DNA of 63,235 bases, the filler included, from Dugesia japonica (lineage: Eukaryota), in NCBI GenBank assembly GCA_001938525.1. It is 5 parts of 5 records of this genome, joined end to end, with 100 filler letters (N's around TTAATTAATTAA, not from the genome) between each part and the next. Parts side by side here need not be neighbours in the genome. Positions count along the whole stretch, not along the records: positions 18,480 to 30,745 come from MQRL01639146.1; positions 30,846 to 41,382 come from MQRL01386158.1; 3 more parts are not named here. One strand, written 5' to 3'. Each line of letters starts with the position of its first letter. Position 1 is the first letter of the stretch. The position numbers were made by a program, and so were the translations under genes. A model generated the notes under the pieces. It worked only from the letters and a program-made list of their open reading frames with translations, made no database searches and was not told where the DNA came from. Shown here one piece after another: positions 27,851 through 38,860 of this stretch.

Positions 27851-30459
27851 TTAATTATATAATTAATCATAAATTATAAATAATAATAATTCTTCCAATA
27901 TTTATATACCATTATATGAATTAAAAGTTTCCTATTCATTGCCTACTATCATAAATGCTTTTTTAATATCGAAAATAATTTTTTAAAAAACAGGGCAATA
28001 ATTCATTTTAATTTAACTTTAATTTAATTTGTTTAAGTTTATTTTAATTATTATAACTACATTGATTTTATTTCCTCATTTGAAGATAGTCTTTCAGTTC
28101 TAATTATTTTACCCTTAATTATTCAAACTTTTTGTCTAATTGTACTAATACTCCCCGATTATATATGAAACCACATCACTATGGACATATATAAGCGAGA
28201 CAGTAATCTATCGATTCAACAGGAACTGAACAAGAATTAACAACTACCTCAAACTAAAATGGCTAAAAGACAAATACAAAATGATCAATGAACGCGAACG
28301 TCGAGTTCAGGCAAACAATAGATGGATAAAGAGAAAAAAACAAAGTCCCAGGGTTGGTTCAGAGATGGACCAAATAATCAACACCTGAACAAACTAAAGA
28401 TAAGCTTGAACTTTATTCTTTGTTTTATAAATTTCTCAATCATTATCAATTTTTTGTTAAAGACAATCAATTTTCCCTTAGACATTGTATAGATACTTTT
28501 AATTGTCCATCAATAAGTATAGATTTCATTGTTGTATGTTTCCAAATAGCGGCTGTGATGTCTTTGCTCTACTATCTACCTAATCTAACCTAAATCTTTC
28601 TAACTCTTTTCCATCCTAAACAAGTCGTTTTGGGATAGTAGTATTTTAAACAATGTATAAGTTATTTTTAATTTTCTATCGATTAATATAAGTTTCAAAG
28701 CTTTATGTTTAAAAATGGCGGCTGTCAGCTTATTAAATTTTAAATCTATAAAACTACCTTATCTTAACATTTCATTAGAAATATAATTGCACTAAAATGT
28801 TTCTTATCTAATTCCGCATCAGACACTGTCATGTTTGTTTTCTTAATATGATATAAATTGGACTTCGACTTTTATAAGTTATTTATCTTTAACCGCCATT
28901 ACAAAAAGGAAGGAAGCTCTTTAAGATATATGTTCAAGAGATAATACTATCTTACTTTTAATTTTCTATTAAAATTTATCGGTTTTNNNNNNNNNNNNNN
29001 NNNNNNNNNNNNNNNNNNNNNNNNNNNNNNNNNNNNNNNNNNNNNNNNNNNNNNNNNNNNNNNNAATAGTAGTCCTTTAGACAATGTATATCCAGATTTA
29101 GCAGTTCATCCTAGATATACCATCATTTATTCTAAAAAAGTAAAATAATGGCATGCAGAAAGAATTTAAGGTTTTAAGATGGTTTTTGGTGAATATCGTT
29201 CAATAGACTCCGCCCACCAGTATGAAAATAACACCAAAATGTGCTACTTCATCTTCCACATGTATAGATACCAAGTTTGATCAGATCAAACAAAATAAAC
29301 CCTATTTTTAAAAGTTTTTACCATTAAAACAACAAAAATGTTTTCTATCTGTATCTGTAAACCAAATTTTTAGATCAATTCCACAGGGGAGTTGATACTA
29401 TGCGCAAGAAGCTTTTTTCAATAGTTGGTCTTTAAAATTGTATAGACAGTTTTAAATTCTATATCGAATGATACCAAGATCGAAGCTGTTAGACCAATTC
29501 CAGAGGGTCAAGGCCTATACCAATATTTGACCAACCAGATTTCGAGAAATTATATATTAAGTCAAAGTGGTTACCACCTGAGTTCAAAGTTTTTACCCTC
29601 CTAACATTTTCTACCACTGAAATTTCTATACAAGTTTGCTGGCTTAGGAAGGAGAGTTGTACAGTGCTCTACCTACTACGGTCAAATTTCTACTTATGCT
29701 GACCGTTGAAATCTCAACAATTACCATATTATTTAGTTTTTGGATTTCAAAAAGTTATATTTCCGTGTGTAATTCCTAGATGCAATGAAATGGTACATCT
29801 TAATAAATTAATTTGTCTCAACTGTTCAATGTTTAAAATTTTAGGAAAGCAATGCAATAAAATATTTAGTTATATTAATATTTACACAGAAATTGGATAT
29901 TCTTATTATTAACCCTGTCATATTACGTTCCTCGACTTAACTTTTTTAGCCATCAATGATATCATCACCNACTTCATTTTACCACTCTGTAACTAATTAC
30001 TTATTATCTACATGATCGTTAATGCCGGCTTTTTATAATACTAATTGCTCATTAATATCACGCATTAGTGAACAAACTCTACTATTCAAATCATTATTCC
30101 TTCAATGAAGTTTAGAGTATGATAATAGTATTTATTGTGGTGACGACTACGTTATCATTATATTTTTCAAATGTCAAGTAGTTTATTAGTAAGTTTTTCT
30201 TACCACTTTCAGATGGTTTTCTTTTCATTGGCTAATATTTTGTAATTCCAAAACTCATTGATTTTAAAATAACAATAACAATAACATTCACGATTTTATA
30301 AGTTATGATTTTACTTTTAATGAAAACAGAGAAATAACAAATTNTTCTATAAATANTTTTAATTGTGGAAACAGTTTTATCTACTATTTATCTTTAATAA
30401 CAAATATTATTCGCAAATATTTAAATATTTGATAAATTGATTTTGAAATTTTTTAAATA

Positions 30460-30745
30460 ATCTAGTATATGGCCGCGCCTCAATTCGGTTGAATGATACA
30501 GAAAACAAGAGGGAATGAATACGTTTCTAATATATTTAATTTTCAATGCTTGTAGAAGTACAATATTTTCTGTTGTTCCATTGTTTGTGTACGTATAAAG
30601 ATTGCTTGGTTTGCCGACTTTAGAAGACTCAACTTATTATCCATAACAGAAGCAATCCGTCAAAATTTCAAAGCAATCGGTGAAAAACTTTCGGAGTTTA
30701 TCTATTTTAAATAAACGAACATTTACAATTTTATATATATATATA
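30460..30745 (+). mobile_element. Non-autonomous Helitron/Helentron-like (DINE-1/HINE-type) element
   Basis: 5' ctag...ggccgcgcc, core caaaatttcaaagcaatcggtgaa and 3' tttatatatatata; this architecture is typical of these elements. Truncated by the gap. Confidence 0.55.
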
Positions 30746-30845
30746 NNNNNNNNNNNNNNNNNNNNNNNNNNNNNNNNNNNNNNNNNNNNTTAATTAATTA
30801 ANNNNNNNNNNNNNNNNNNNNNNNNNNNNNNNNNNNNNNNNNNNN

Positions 30846-31561
30846 CTTCTAAATTTCACCAATATAAAGTTTGGTAATCGACAATCACCAAATATTTGTT
30901 CCTTATAAAATGATGTAATATCTTTGTTTTTATCGGGTAAACTGCATTTTGTTTGTTGAAATCCTATTTGATGTCCGACCAATACAGAAGGTTCGACACA
31001 TACTTGTCTGTACATCAATTTTGCATCCAACATTTGATATTTCGGTTCATAATTTGCTGATTCTAAAAACATTCTAGTATTGGCTTTTTTCATTAGAATA
31101 TGAACATTGGCACTCGGAATAAGATATTTCGGTTGATCCATAAAATCTAATTACAATGAACCACCTAGAGACAATGATTTGGATTTCTTAATAGAAGCTT
31201 TTCTATTTTTATCTGATCCATACCACATTGCTGCAAGACATATATTTGTACTTTCTCCATTATAATTTAAAATTGTTTCAATCAATGCTTTTTGAATATG
31301 AGTTCCATTCCCACCCTCAATTTTCATTGTATTAAATGACATAATTACAACTTTAAATAACGAATGAAATATGTAATTGCTAGGTACCACATCAGAATTG
31401 TCAGGCAAATCTTTACCAGTTTTATCAACTACTTTTACTTGCACATACAATAAAGTATCATTCAAGTCCAAGTATTCTGTTTGGGATCCATTTATATAAA
31501 ACTCTTCATCATTTCTATCTTCCGAAATTGTATTCATTTGAAACATCCTCAAATGCACCAT
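30846..31561 (-). pseudogene. Polinton double-jelly-roll major capsid protein (PY/MCP), 5' part
   Basis: EFYINGSQTEYLDLNDTLLYVQVKVV...VPSNYIFHSLF, QPKYLI and RLPNFILV motifs; frameshifted and cut by the spacer. Confidence 0.85.
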
Positions 31562-31921
31562 ACTGGTTTTTGTTGATTTGTTAAAATATTCCTTATACTA
31601 CTTGGTATTTTGCTTGTTATACTTGCCGGTAATATTTTTTCTACTTTTGGTTTCATGTTAGTTGCTCCGCTAGGCAATGAAGACACTACATTCAAGTTCA
31701 GCCAGTGCATTCGATTTTAGTGTTGGTAATAGCTTTCCATTATTAGCCAGTACATTCTGAGCAGTTTTCATACCAAATGAACCAATTCGTCTAAGAATAA
31801 GACGCGCAAATCTACCTATTGTTCTCAACCAACCGGAACCATACTGTTTTCCTAAAAAATAAGGTAATTCTCCACCAGCTTGACTACTGCTATACAACCA
31901 CACAATATAGGGATTATTCAT
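31560..31921 (-). pseudogene. Polinton PW-like small core protein
   Basis: QAGG.LPYF.G.QYGSGW...I.RFA..ILR motif, in the usual position just upstream of MCP. Confidence 0.7.
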
Positions 31922-32935
31922 TTATTTTTCGAAAATGTAAAGTAAATGTGTTTTAGAGTCTTTTGCAAACTTGATTAATTTTGTTATCATCAAAAATATT
32001 TATTTCTATATTTTGTATTCATGTTGTAGTAAATAAATTGGATTATCGACTATAATTTGAACTACCTCATCATTTTCATGCTTTTCTATCCATACAGATT
32101 TCAAAAGAGGAACTTTAACATCTCTTACAGTTATAGGTTCGGCAATACTACTATAGATGAACATTTGTTGGTGTAACTTAATTATTTTTGGATTTCTAAT
32201 ACCTTGCAATATACCATCCTTCAATTCTGCATGTGAATATTGTTGTTTTTCTAATCCCAAAGTTTTTGGTAAGACTTCATGAAATGTAATAGTTTTGATA
32301 TCATTTCTTAGTGACATTTTAAATAGATTATTTCTTTTGAGACTAATTGTATAAAATAGTTCAGAAGCGCTTTCTGTTAAATATTTACTTAATTCTTCAA
32401 TTTGTGTTATGTATAATTCATCTTTCAACTATATAGTATTATAACTTACTTTAGAATATTCTATTTTAAATTTTACATATTCTATTGGAGAATTCTCTTT
32501 AAATGCTGTATACAGAAGAAGAAAATGTCCGGGTTCCATTTGGTTAATCTTATATGAGAATCCAAATCTAATTGCAGTTGTTTCATTTTCAAATATGGCA
32601 ACATATTAATATTCACATTTAATAGTTAAATATCCACTTATTGCTATATAGACATTATTATTTTCATTTTTACTTACACTCAAGGATTGCTCTTTGTGTT
32701 CGATTGTAACGGTTATTTAATTTGGTATATTTCTTGTAGACATGTATTGAATTTTAGACTTGCTATATAATGGAAATGTTTGATAAACAAAAGTAAAATC
32801 TAACAATAATACTTCCCACTTTCCATCCATAAAAATTGAATTTTGGAGCTCAACAATGAATTTTCTGGCATTATTATTCGAATGAACAAGAGGACAGCTA
32901 TTATTCGATAAAATTGTATAGAAATTATTTAATGT
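31920..32935 (-). pseudogene. Polinton minor capsid protein (penton/PX)
   Basis: N-terminal NFYTILSNN...NN..KF.VEL...I..DGKWEV.L and C-terminal MFIYSSIAEP..V.DVKVPLLK motifs; frameshifted. Confidence 0.82.
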
Positions 32936-33335
32936 CTTTATTAACTAACTGTGATGCTAATATCCAAGTAGATTTTTCATATCCAACACACTTTACATAA
33001 TATTGTTTATTCTTTTTTGTTCTTTTCGATTTTAAAATTTTTTCGATTTTATATATAATAGGAGGTGGAATGACTTGTAATTCTTGCTAATAAAATTTTC
33101 CTTCCACTATATTATTCTCATAATCTTTAATTACATACATGACCGGATTTTGTTTTGTATTTGTTTTAGATATTTGAAACACTTCATCGTTCAGACTGTA
33201 TGCAAGTTGACCAATAACCACTTTTTGGTCTTTGTTTTTGTCCTACTTTCATCAATTTCTTTTACGCCACGAAAACCTGGGGAATTTTTTGAGTCCATCC
33301 ATATCGTCTTTAGTTTGCCCATTACAACCATTAGA
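32930..33335 (-). pseudogene. Polinton retroviral-type integrase with the catalytic core deleted
   Basis: N-terminus LKTIWMDSKNSPGFRGV is joined within ~400 bp to the C-terminal YVIKDY....VEGKFY..ELQ and the chromodomain YKIEKILK...YYVK.VGY...TWI. Confidence 0.78.
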
Positions 33336-33455
33336 TGAAAATTTGAAATCAAAATTAGGTAATGATTGTACACCACCCATTGTTGATTTTGAATGAGTTT
33401 ATTTTAGTACTGATAATATAATTGGTAGTAATGCTACTATAAAACCAACCATTGT

Positions 33456-33776
33456 TTATTTAAAATGATTTAATCCTAGTGCTTCTAATGCAATTGGTAG
33501 TAATGCTGCTATAAAACCACCCTTTTGACCAAACAAATTTTTTCTCATTAATCTCCTATTTTTGTGTATTGACAAGTGATAGTAATGGTTTTTTATGTCT
33601 TTTCAATTTTCGTTTTCTAGCTTGGCTAATATTTACATTACCGTTAACAACATTTACGATAATTTCTAATAAATCGTCAATTACAAACGATGGGAATGAT
33701 TGCAGAATTGTCATTCTCATTGGTTTTGGAGATTCAAGCAGTACAAAAAAAATGGAACACTTTTTTCTAATTTCAT
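33456..33776 (-). pseudogene. Polinton small virion protein ending QKGGFIAALLPIALEALG
   Basis: LLEIIVNVVNGNV.I...KRKLKRHK..L and the QxGGF..LL motif typical of Maverick PM-like proteins; frameshifted. Confidence 0.72.
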
Positions 33777-33807
33777 TTTACTTTAATATTACATATAATT
33801 TGATTGT

Positions 33808-33990
33808 TTATAGTGATTTCCATTTTTGGTTTGCATTTTTAAGTTTTTTTCCATAAAAACTGATTTTTCTTTCCGATTTATGCTTCTTTCTTTTACCGAC
33901 ACCCTTTTTTCTATTAGGTTTTTTAGACGTTCGTTTACGTTTCACAATTGATTTTACCTGATCAATTACAACCTTTTTAAATTTCGTCAT
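33808..33990 (-). CDS. Small Lys/Arg-rich putative DNA-condensing core protein
   Basis: KRKRTSKKPNRKKGVGKRKKHKSERK, directly downstream of the ATPase. Confidence 0.45.
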   Translation of the reverse strand: MTKFKKVVIDQVKSIVKRKRTSKKPNRKKGVGKRKKHKSERKISFYGKKLKNANQKWKSL

Positions 33991-34006
33991 TTTATAAATA
34001 AAATAT

Positions 34007-34636
34007 TTACATCGTTTGTTTAAACACCGTGACACCGTTAGAATTGAAAAAATCTGTCCGTATCCTCAATTCATCTGGACATTGTTGTGTAAAATCTAGA
34101 AAAAGATATACATGAGGGTTTACCGTAGCATCCTGGAATGATTCAAAAAGAAATTGTCTATTATTAGGATACGCTTGTCTTGCTAGAAAATCGACAACCG
34201 TTTGATTCCTCGGATTTTTAAAAAAAACCAAGTATTGAACATTAAAATTACGGGTTCTGTAATTTCCTCCTTGATAAAACAAATTTTGAGTAATGAATAT
34301 AACAATTACATTAAAATGTCTTGATATTTTTGTAAATAAATTATTAAAGTCCTTTTCTTTGTTTGCCTTCTGATAAAGATTATCTACTACAATAACATCA
34401 CTCGGTTTCAATCTCTTGCTCCAATTTTTATCAAATCCATTTATAAATTTTATTTTTATATTACAAAATTCCGATTTCGTTAATCTATGCTCTTCATGGG
34501 CACCTCTATGCCAGTAGATGTTGTTAAATTTTGATTTCAATAATTTAAATAGAAATAAAGTTTTTCCGCTACGACAAGGACCAACAATTTGATAAAAGGC
34601 ATCATTTTTTAAATCCATTTTATAACATTGTATCAT
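34007..34636 (-). CDS. Polinton A32/FtsK-like DNA-packaging ATPase
   Basis: Walker A GPCRSGKT, Walker B VIVVDNL, SRH motif, FITQN, FKNPR and YLFLDF. Confidence 0.92.
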   Translation of the reverse strand: MIQCYKMDLKNDAFYQIVGPCRSGKTLFLFKLLKSKFNNIYWHRGAHEEHRLTKSEFCNIKIKFINGFDKNWSKRLKPSDVIVVDNLYQKANKEKDFNNLFTKISRHFNVIVIFITQNLFYQGGNYRTRNFNVQYLVFFKNPRNQTVVDFLARQAYPNNRQFLFESFQDATVNPHVYLFLDFTQQCPDELRIRTDFFNSNGVTVFKQTM

Positions 34637-34905
34637 TTAATACATTGTTTATAATGTAACTGCTTTTTTTTAAATAAATCAATTACTTTAATTTTACAAA
34701 CACTTATATATATATATATATATACGCTAACAATTATTAGAAATCATAATTAATGTTAGTCAATATTTGTAGTCAATATCGAATGACATAATTTGAATGA
34801 GGCGAATTCAGACAATTTGAAAAGTATGTATTTCAATAAAATAAATGATATAAACAAAATTAATTAAATATTTAATATATTTAATTAATTATTTCCTGAA
34901 TTTAA

Positions 34906-35352
34906 TACTACATTATTAATTACATAGGTAAAGTGTCACAAGACGTAACAAGCAAAATGAAATTTCCCATTGATAAACCTTCACAATTTGTTGACAAAAG
35001 CGGGAAATATATAATCATATTTTTTAAATCAGGAAATTGTGGAATCATGGGATGCAAACATCCGATTGAAATAGATAAATTACAGTATGATATTAAAGAC
35101 ATTCGGTTACAATCGTTAACATTCGTAATCAATTTGGGACTTGCGATTAATTTGTATAAATTGGCAATGATAACAAAATGCTGGTTTGAACCAGAATGGT
35201 TTCCAGCATTACGTCTTACAAAATGTGATCCTATATGCGTTAAAGTATTTTCATCATGAAAAGTTGTCATACTTGGTCTCAAGAATTTATATTATCAAAA
35301 ATATGTGGATAATATAATTTCATATTTGCATAATTTGATTGATAAATTATAA
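34906..35352 (+). pseudogene. TATA-binding-protein (TBP)-like gene inside the Maverick
   Basis: Two TBP-like half repeats: IIIFFKSGNCGIMGCK, then LQSLTFVINLG..INLYKLA...FEPEWFPALRL....ICVKVFSS*KVVILGLK. One TGA (35257) sits at the conserved Gly position. The start codon is not resolved. Confidence 0.8.
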
Positions 35353-35514
35353 AATATAACTACAATTTGCAACGTGCGTGCTGTTAGAATGCAAATAAAC
35401 AAAGTACTATTGCTTACTCAAATTGAATTGGTCAATTTTGATTTGTTGAAATTATCACATTGTAATTTAATATATATACAAGAACATTTGTAATCAATTT
35501 TAGTTCAAAAAATC

Positions 35515-35978
35515 ATGTACATTTACGAGCAACCAGAATTACCAACATTTGATGATAATATTGTCAATGTAATGGACGAAGAAACTGGCCAAGAAGAAGA
35601 TGTGAATATGGAGGAACCTTATGAAGAGATTGAAAAAGAAGAATGGTCGGAATGGAATGGGGATCCATATAATACAGGGAAGAGTATTTTTAAATTTTTA
35701 TTATTTTTTGTTATTTTATATTTATTTTTCTAGAAATTGTATTGGCAATTCTTTTTGAGGAGTTGGATCATTTAAAGGACGATGCGATGTAGTGGCCAGA
35801 GGATACAATATGCTCAGAAATCAAGGAATATACGGATATCGATATCGAATTAGTTCTAGCCGATTATTCCTCAATTGCAATGATATGTCCATACACATGT
35901 ATTGCGTGTATGAGAAGAAATATGTTCAAAGCTTTGAACAATTACATTGACAAACCAAAAATAAGACGACTGGAATAA
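35515..35978 (+). pseudogene. Two-exon Maverick cargo gene A (unknown function, acidic N-terminus)
   Basis: Phase-1 intron 35684-35733 (gtattt...ttctag). Exon 2 is open to TAA 35978 except for one TAG at 35790. Homologous to gene B. Confidence 0.6.
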
Positions 35979-36137
35979 TTTTATTAAATAAATATTGTAT
36001 TTTTTTTAATTTTTTATTAAATAAAGTTTGTTTTTTATTAAGTAAATTACTTTTTATTAATAAAAAAATGAGTTATTTTAATAAGAAAATTAATTTTCAA
36101 TAACATTTTAGATAGTTACATTTATTAATGATAACAA

Positions 36138-36600
36138 TTATAACAGTTTATCAACTTTTCGAACAGTTTTTATTTTCCATATTAGTGTAGCTTCATTATT
36201 GAATTTCTTGATTCCTTGTATTTCAATTATAATCATCCATTTATCTTCATTTACATATCNNNNNNNNNNNNNNNNNNNNNNNNNNNNNNNNNNNNNNNNN
36301 NNNNNNNNNNNNNNNNNNNNNNNNNNNNNNNNNNNNNNNNNNNNNNNNNNNNNNNNNNNNNNNNNNNNNNNNNNNNNNNNNNNNNNNNNNNNNNNNNNNN
36401 NNNNNNNNNNNNNNNNNNNNNNNNNNNNNNNNNNNNNNNNNNNNNNNNNNNNNNNNNNNNNNNNNNNNNNNNNNNNNNNNNNNNNNNNNNTGTTTCTTCA
36501 GGAATTTCATTTTACGCTGATGAAAATCCACAGTTTTTCCACATTCAATATTAATATTCAATACTTTATCAATTGTAAGAAATAATTGTTTTTCTCCCAT
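36138..36600 (-). CDS. Putative OB-fold ssDNA-binding protein (interrupted by an N gap)
   Basis: Starts MGEKQLFLTIDKV. The piece after the gap reads WMIIIEIQGIKKFNNEATLIWKIKTV, resembling the terminal beta-strands of viral SSB OB-folds. Confidence 0.4.
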
Positions 36601-37003
36601 TTGGAAATAATGATATATTTTTAAAGGTTTTATTTGTATACATACTTGTACTGATTAAGATTGATTTGATTGGTTGATTTTGACGAATGTTTAGATGCCA
36701 ATTACATAGTGATTGGTTAGTCTTCCAATACTCATGTATGTACGATTTTAATTTGCTGTAATTTGTATTAATTGGAGAAATTTAAAAATTAAATCATTTT
36801 TTAAATAAACGATATTGACGAAATTACAGAAAAAATGGCTGAATTAAAAAATGCAAAACAAATCAATCCGCTGACATTATTTTCGATAAAGGTTAATTAT
36901 TTGTTTTTTGATTTAATTAATTAATTAATATATTTAGAACGAATAATCGGCGTTACTGGTGAAATTGCAGAAAAAATAGCTCAGTTGAAAATCTTCTATA
37001 AAA

Positions 37004-37346
37004 ATGAATAAAATTCAAACAGTTGATATATCTGAGGAGAAGAAACTTTTATTGGAAATAGGTAACCTTATTTATAATTCATTTTAATAATTTATATATA
37101 TACATTTTAGATCTAATAATTGATCTATTAGATTTATTTTTCCCAAAGTTAAAAAACGAATCAATTTATTGGGCGCAGGAGATTTATTGGTATAAAATGA
37201 AGAATTATACCAACATCGATGTTGATGAAGCTATGTGGATTTACAATAAATATCAAAAAAAAGATGAAATGATCAAAATGGATTTAAAAAGAAAATTTAT
37301 TAATTTATTTATTCCTGCAATCAATAAATTTTATGAAATGTACTAA
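37004..37346 (+). CDS. Spliced Maverick cargo gene B (paralogue of gene A)
   Basis: Phase-1 intron 37062-37110 (gtaacc...ttttag); exon 2 is open to TAA 37346. A further upstream intron is possible at 36892-36947. Confidence 0.6.
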
Positions 37347-37899
37347 ACTTATTAGTTTAATGTAATAAATGTTTCTTAATCAGAGTTTTATTTAATATTT
37401 CATCTTTTTAATACAAAAATAGTTTCTATAACGTGAAATTTTAAATAATTTGTTATAATACAGTTTAAATAAAGAAACGTTGATAAATTACTGGAGAATA
37501 TGTTGAGTGTCATTGTTTAAAAGTAACTTTAATATTGTTAAAAAAACTTCAAAAAATAAATAAATAAAAAAACAAGAAATTCAAAAAAAAATTTTTAAAT
37601 TACTTTGAAAAAAAAAAAGTTTTCCACTAAACAAAAATTTAAACCAGAATTTCAAAATTAAATTTTAAAAGTTATTTGTTTTCGTGTACTACCTTTTACC
37701 TTAAGTAAAATTTGACTTTAAATATTTTCCAAAATTTTATATAAGATTTTCAAAGAAAATTTTTTAGGTTATATGTTTCCGTGAGGGGGGAGTACTTTAA
37801 TTGACCTTTAGAAAATATTTACTTTAAGATTTTCGTAAAAAAACATTTTAAAAATAATTTATAAAAAATATTTTTTTAATTGGGGTACCCTATGACTCA

Positions 37900-38002
37900 T
37901 TGCCCCTCTAAAAAATTCCCTCGGTGGCTCATCGGGTGAGTAGGGTGAGGGTAGGCCTCTCTCTCGACGGGCCCTTGTTTGGTGCGCTTATATCTACCTA
38001 CT
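37900..38002 (-). repeat. Maverick terminal (TIR) end
   Basis: GC-rich subterminal block; the minus strand begins AGTAGGTAGATATAAGCGCAC. Confidence 0.7.
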
Positions 38003-38860
38003 CAATAGATTTTTCGTAACATAAAAGTTTCTTAGAAATAACTCGTCTTTGTTGTAATAAATCATAAGTAAAAGAGGAAATATTGAACGCGAAACAAAGG
38101 AGTGTGAGTATACTCCAAGTATGCGTTGGGAGTCAACTGCTTCATTCCAAAAGCCTAACTAGGGACGTTAGGTTAAATTCTTCACGGGGTCCACTGAGGG
38201 CTGACTTTTTCCTTCAGCCATATATTTTCTATCATCAACTCATGGAAACCCAACATAACAAAGATTTTTTAGGGAAATTCGTCGTGGGACAATTCGTGGT
38301 GATTTATCTTTCTAGGAACGACGGTAAAAAACATTATTTTTATTTAAAATTTTATTTTTTGTTAAGACATCATAATTACTGAAAAATTTTAAATTACTAA
38401 TAATGTTTTTTGTAGGAAAATTAAGTACGATAAATGGTTAGATAGAAAAAGGTGATTGCAAATAAAAAACAAAAATGAGGAAAATATCAGGTTAATTTTG
38501 GTTGGTATTAGCTCAATCTGGTGGATTTTTTTCTATTTTGCGACAATTCTGGTCACTTTTTGGTGATTTTAGGTGATTTCTCGATATGATCGGTTTTAAG
38601 TGATTTGGTTGATAATTTGCTCTGTTGTTTATTTTTAGCTAATTTTGAAAAAAATTGCTCATCAGGGTCAATTTTGGTCGAATTTAGGTGATTTCTTTAA
38701 AATTTTCAAGGTTTTAAATTTAAAAATACGATTAAAAAGTTCAGTTTGTTTAAATATTTGAAATTTTTTTGGGAATTCAAGTGACTAATCCTAATTTCGA
38801 AAATATTTTGAAAACTTTTTAATCGAGATTTTTACATCAAATAATCCAGAATTTGATTAG

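Larger units (their letters stand above)
30846..38002 (-). mobile_element. Polinton/Maverick element 1 (endogenous adintovirus-like), partial and decayed
   Basis: Co-oriented ATPase, core-like ORFs, integrase, minor capsid, PW-like and MCP genes. Ends in ...tctacctact at 38002 (5'-AGTAGGTAGA on the minus strand). Confidence 0.9.

Noticed and set aside
35257-35259. Alternative genetic code or stop read-through in the Maverick genes
   Set aside because: Stops replace different residues (probably Gly, Tyr, Trp) and co-occur with frameshifts, which ordinary decay explains.
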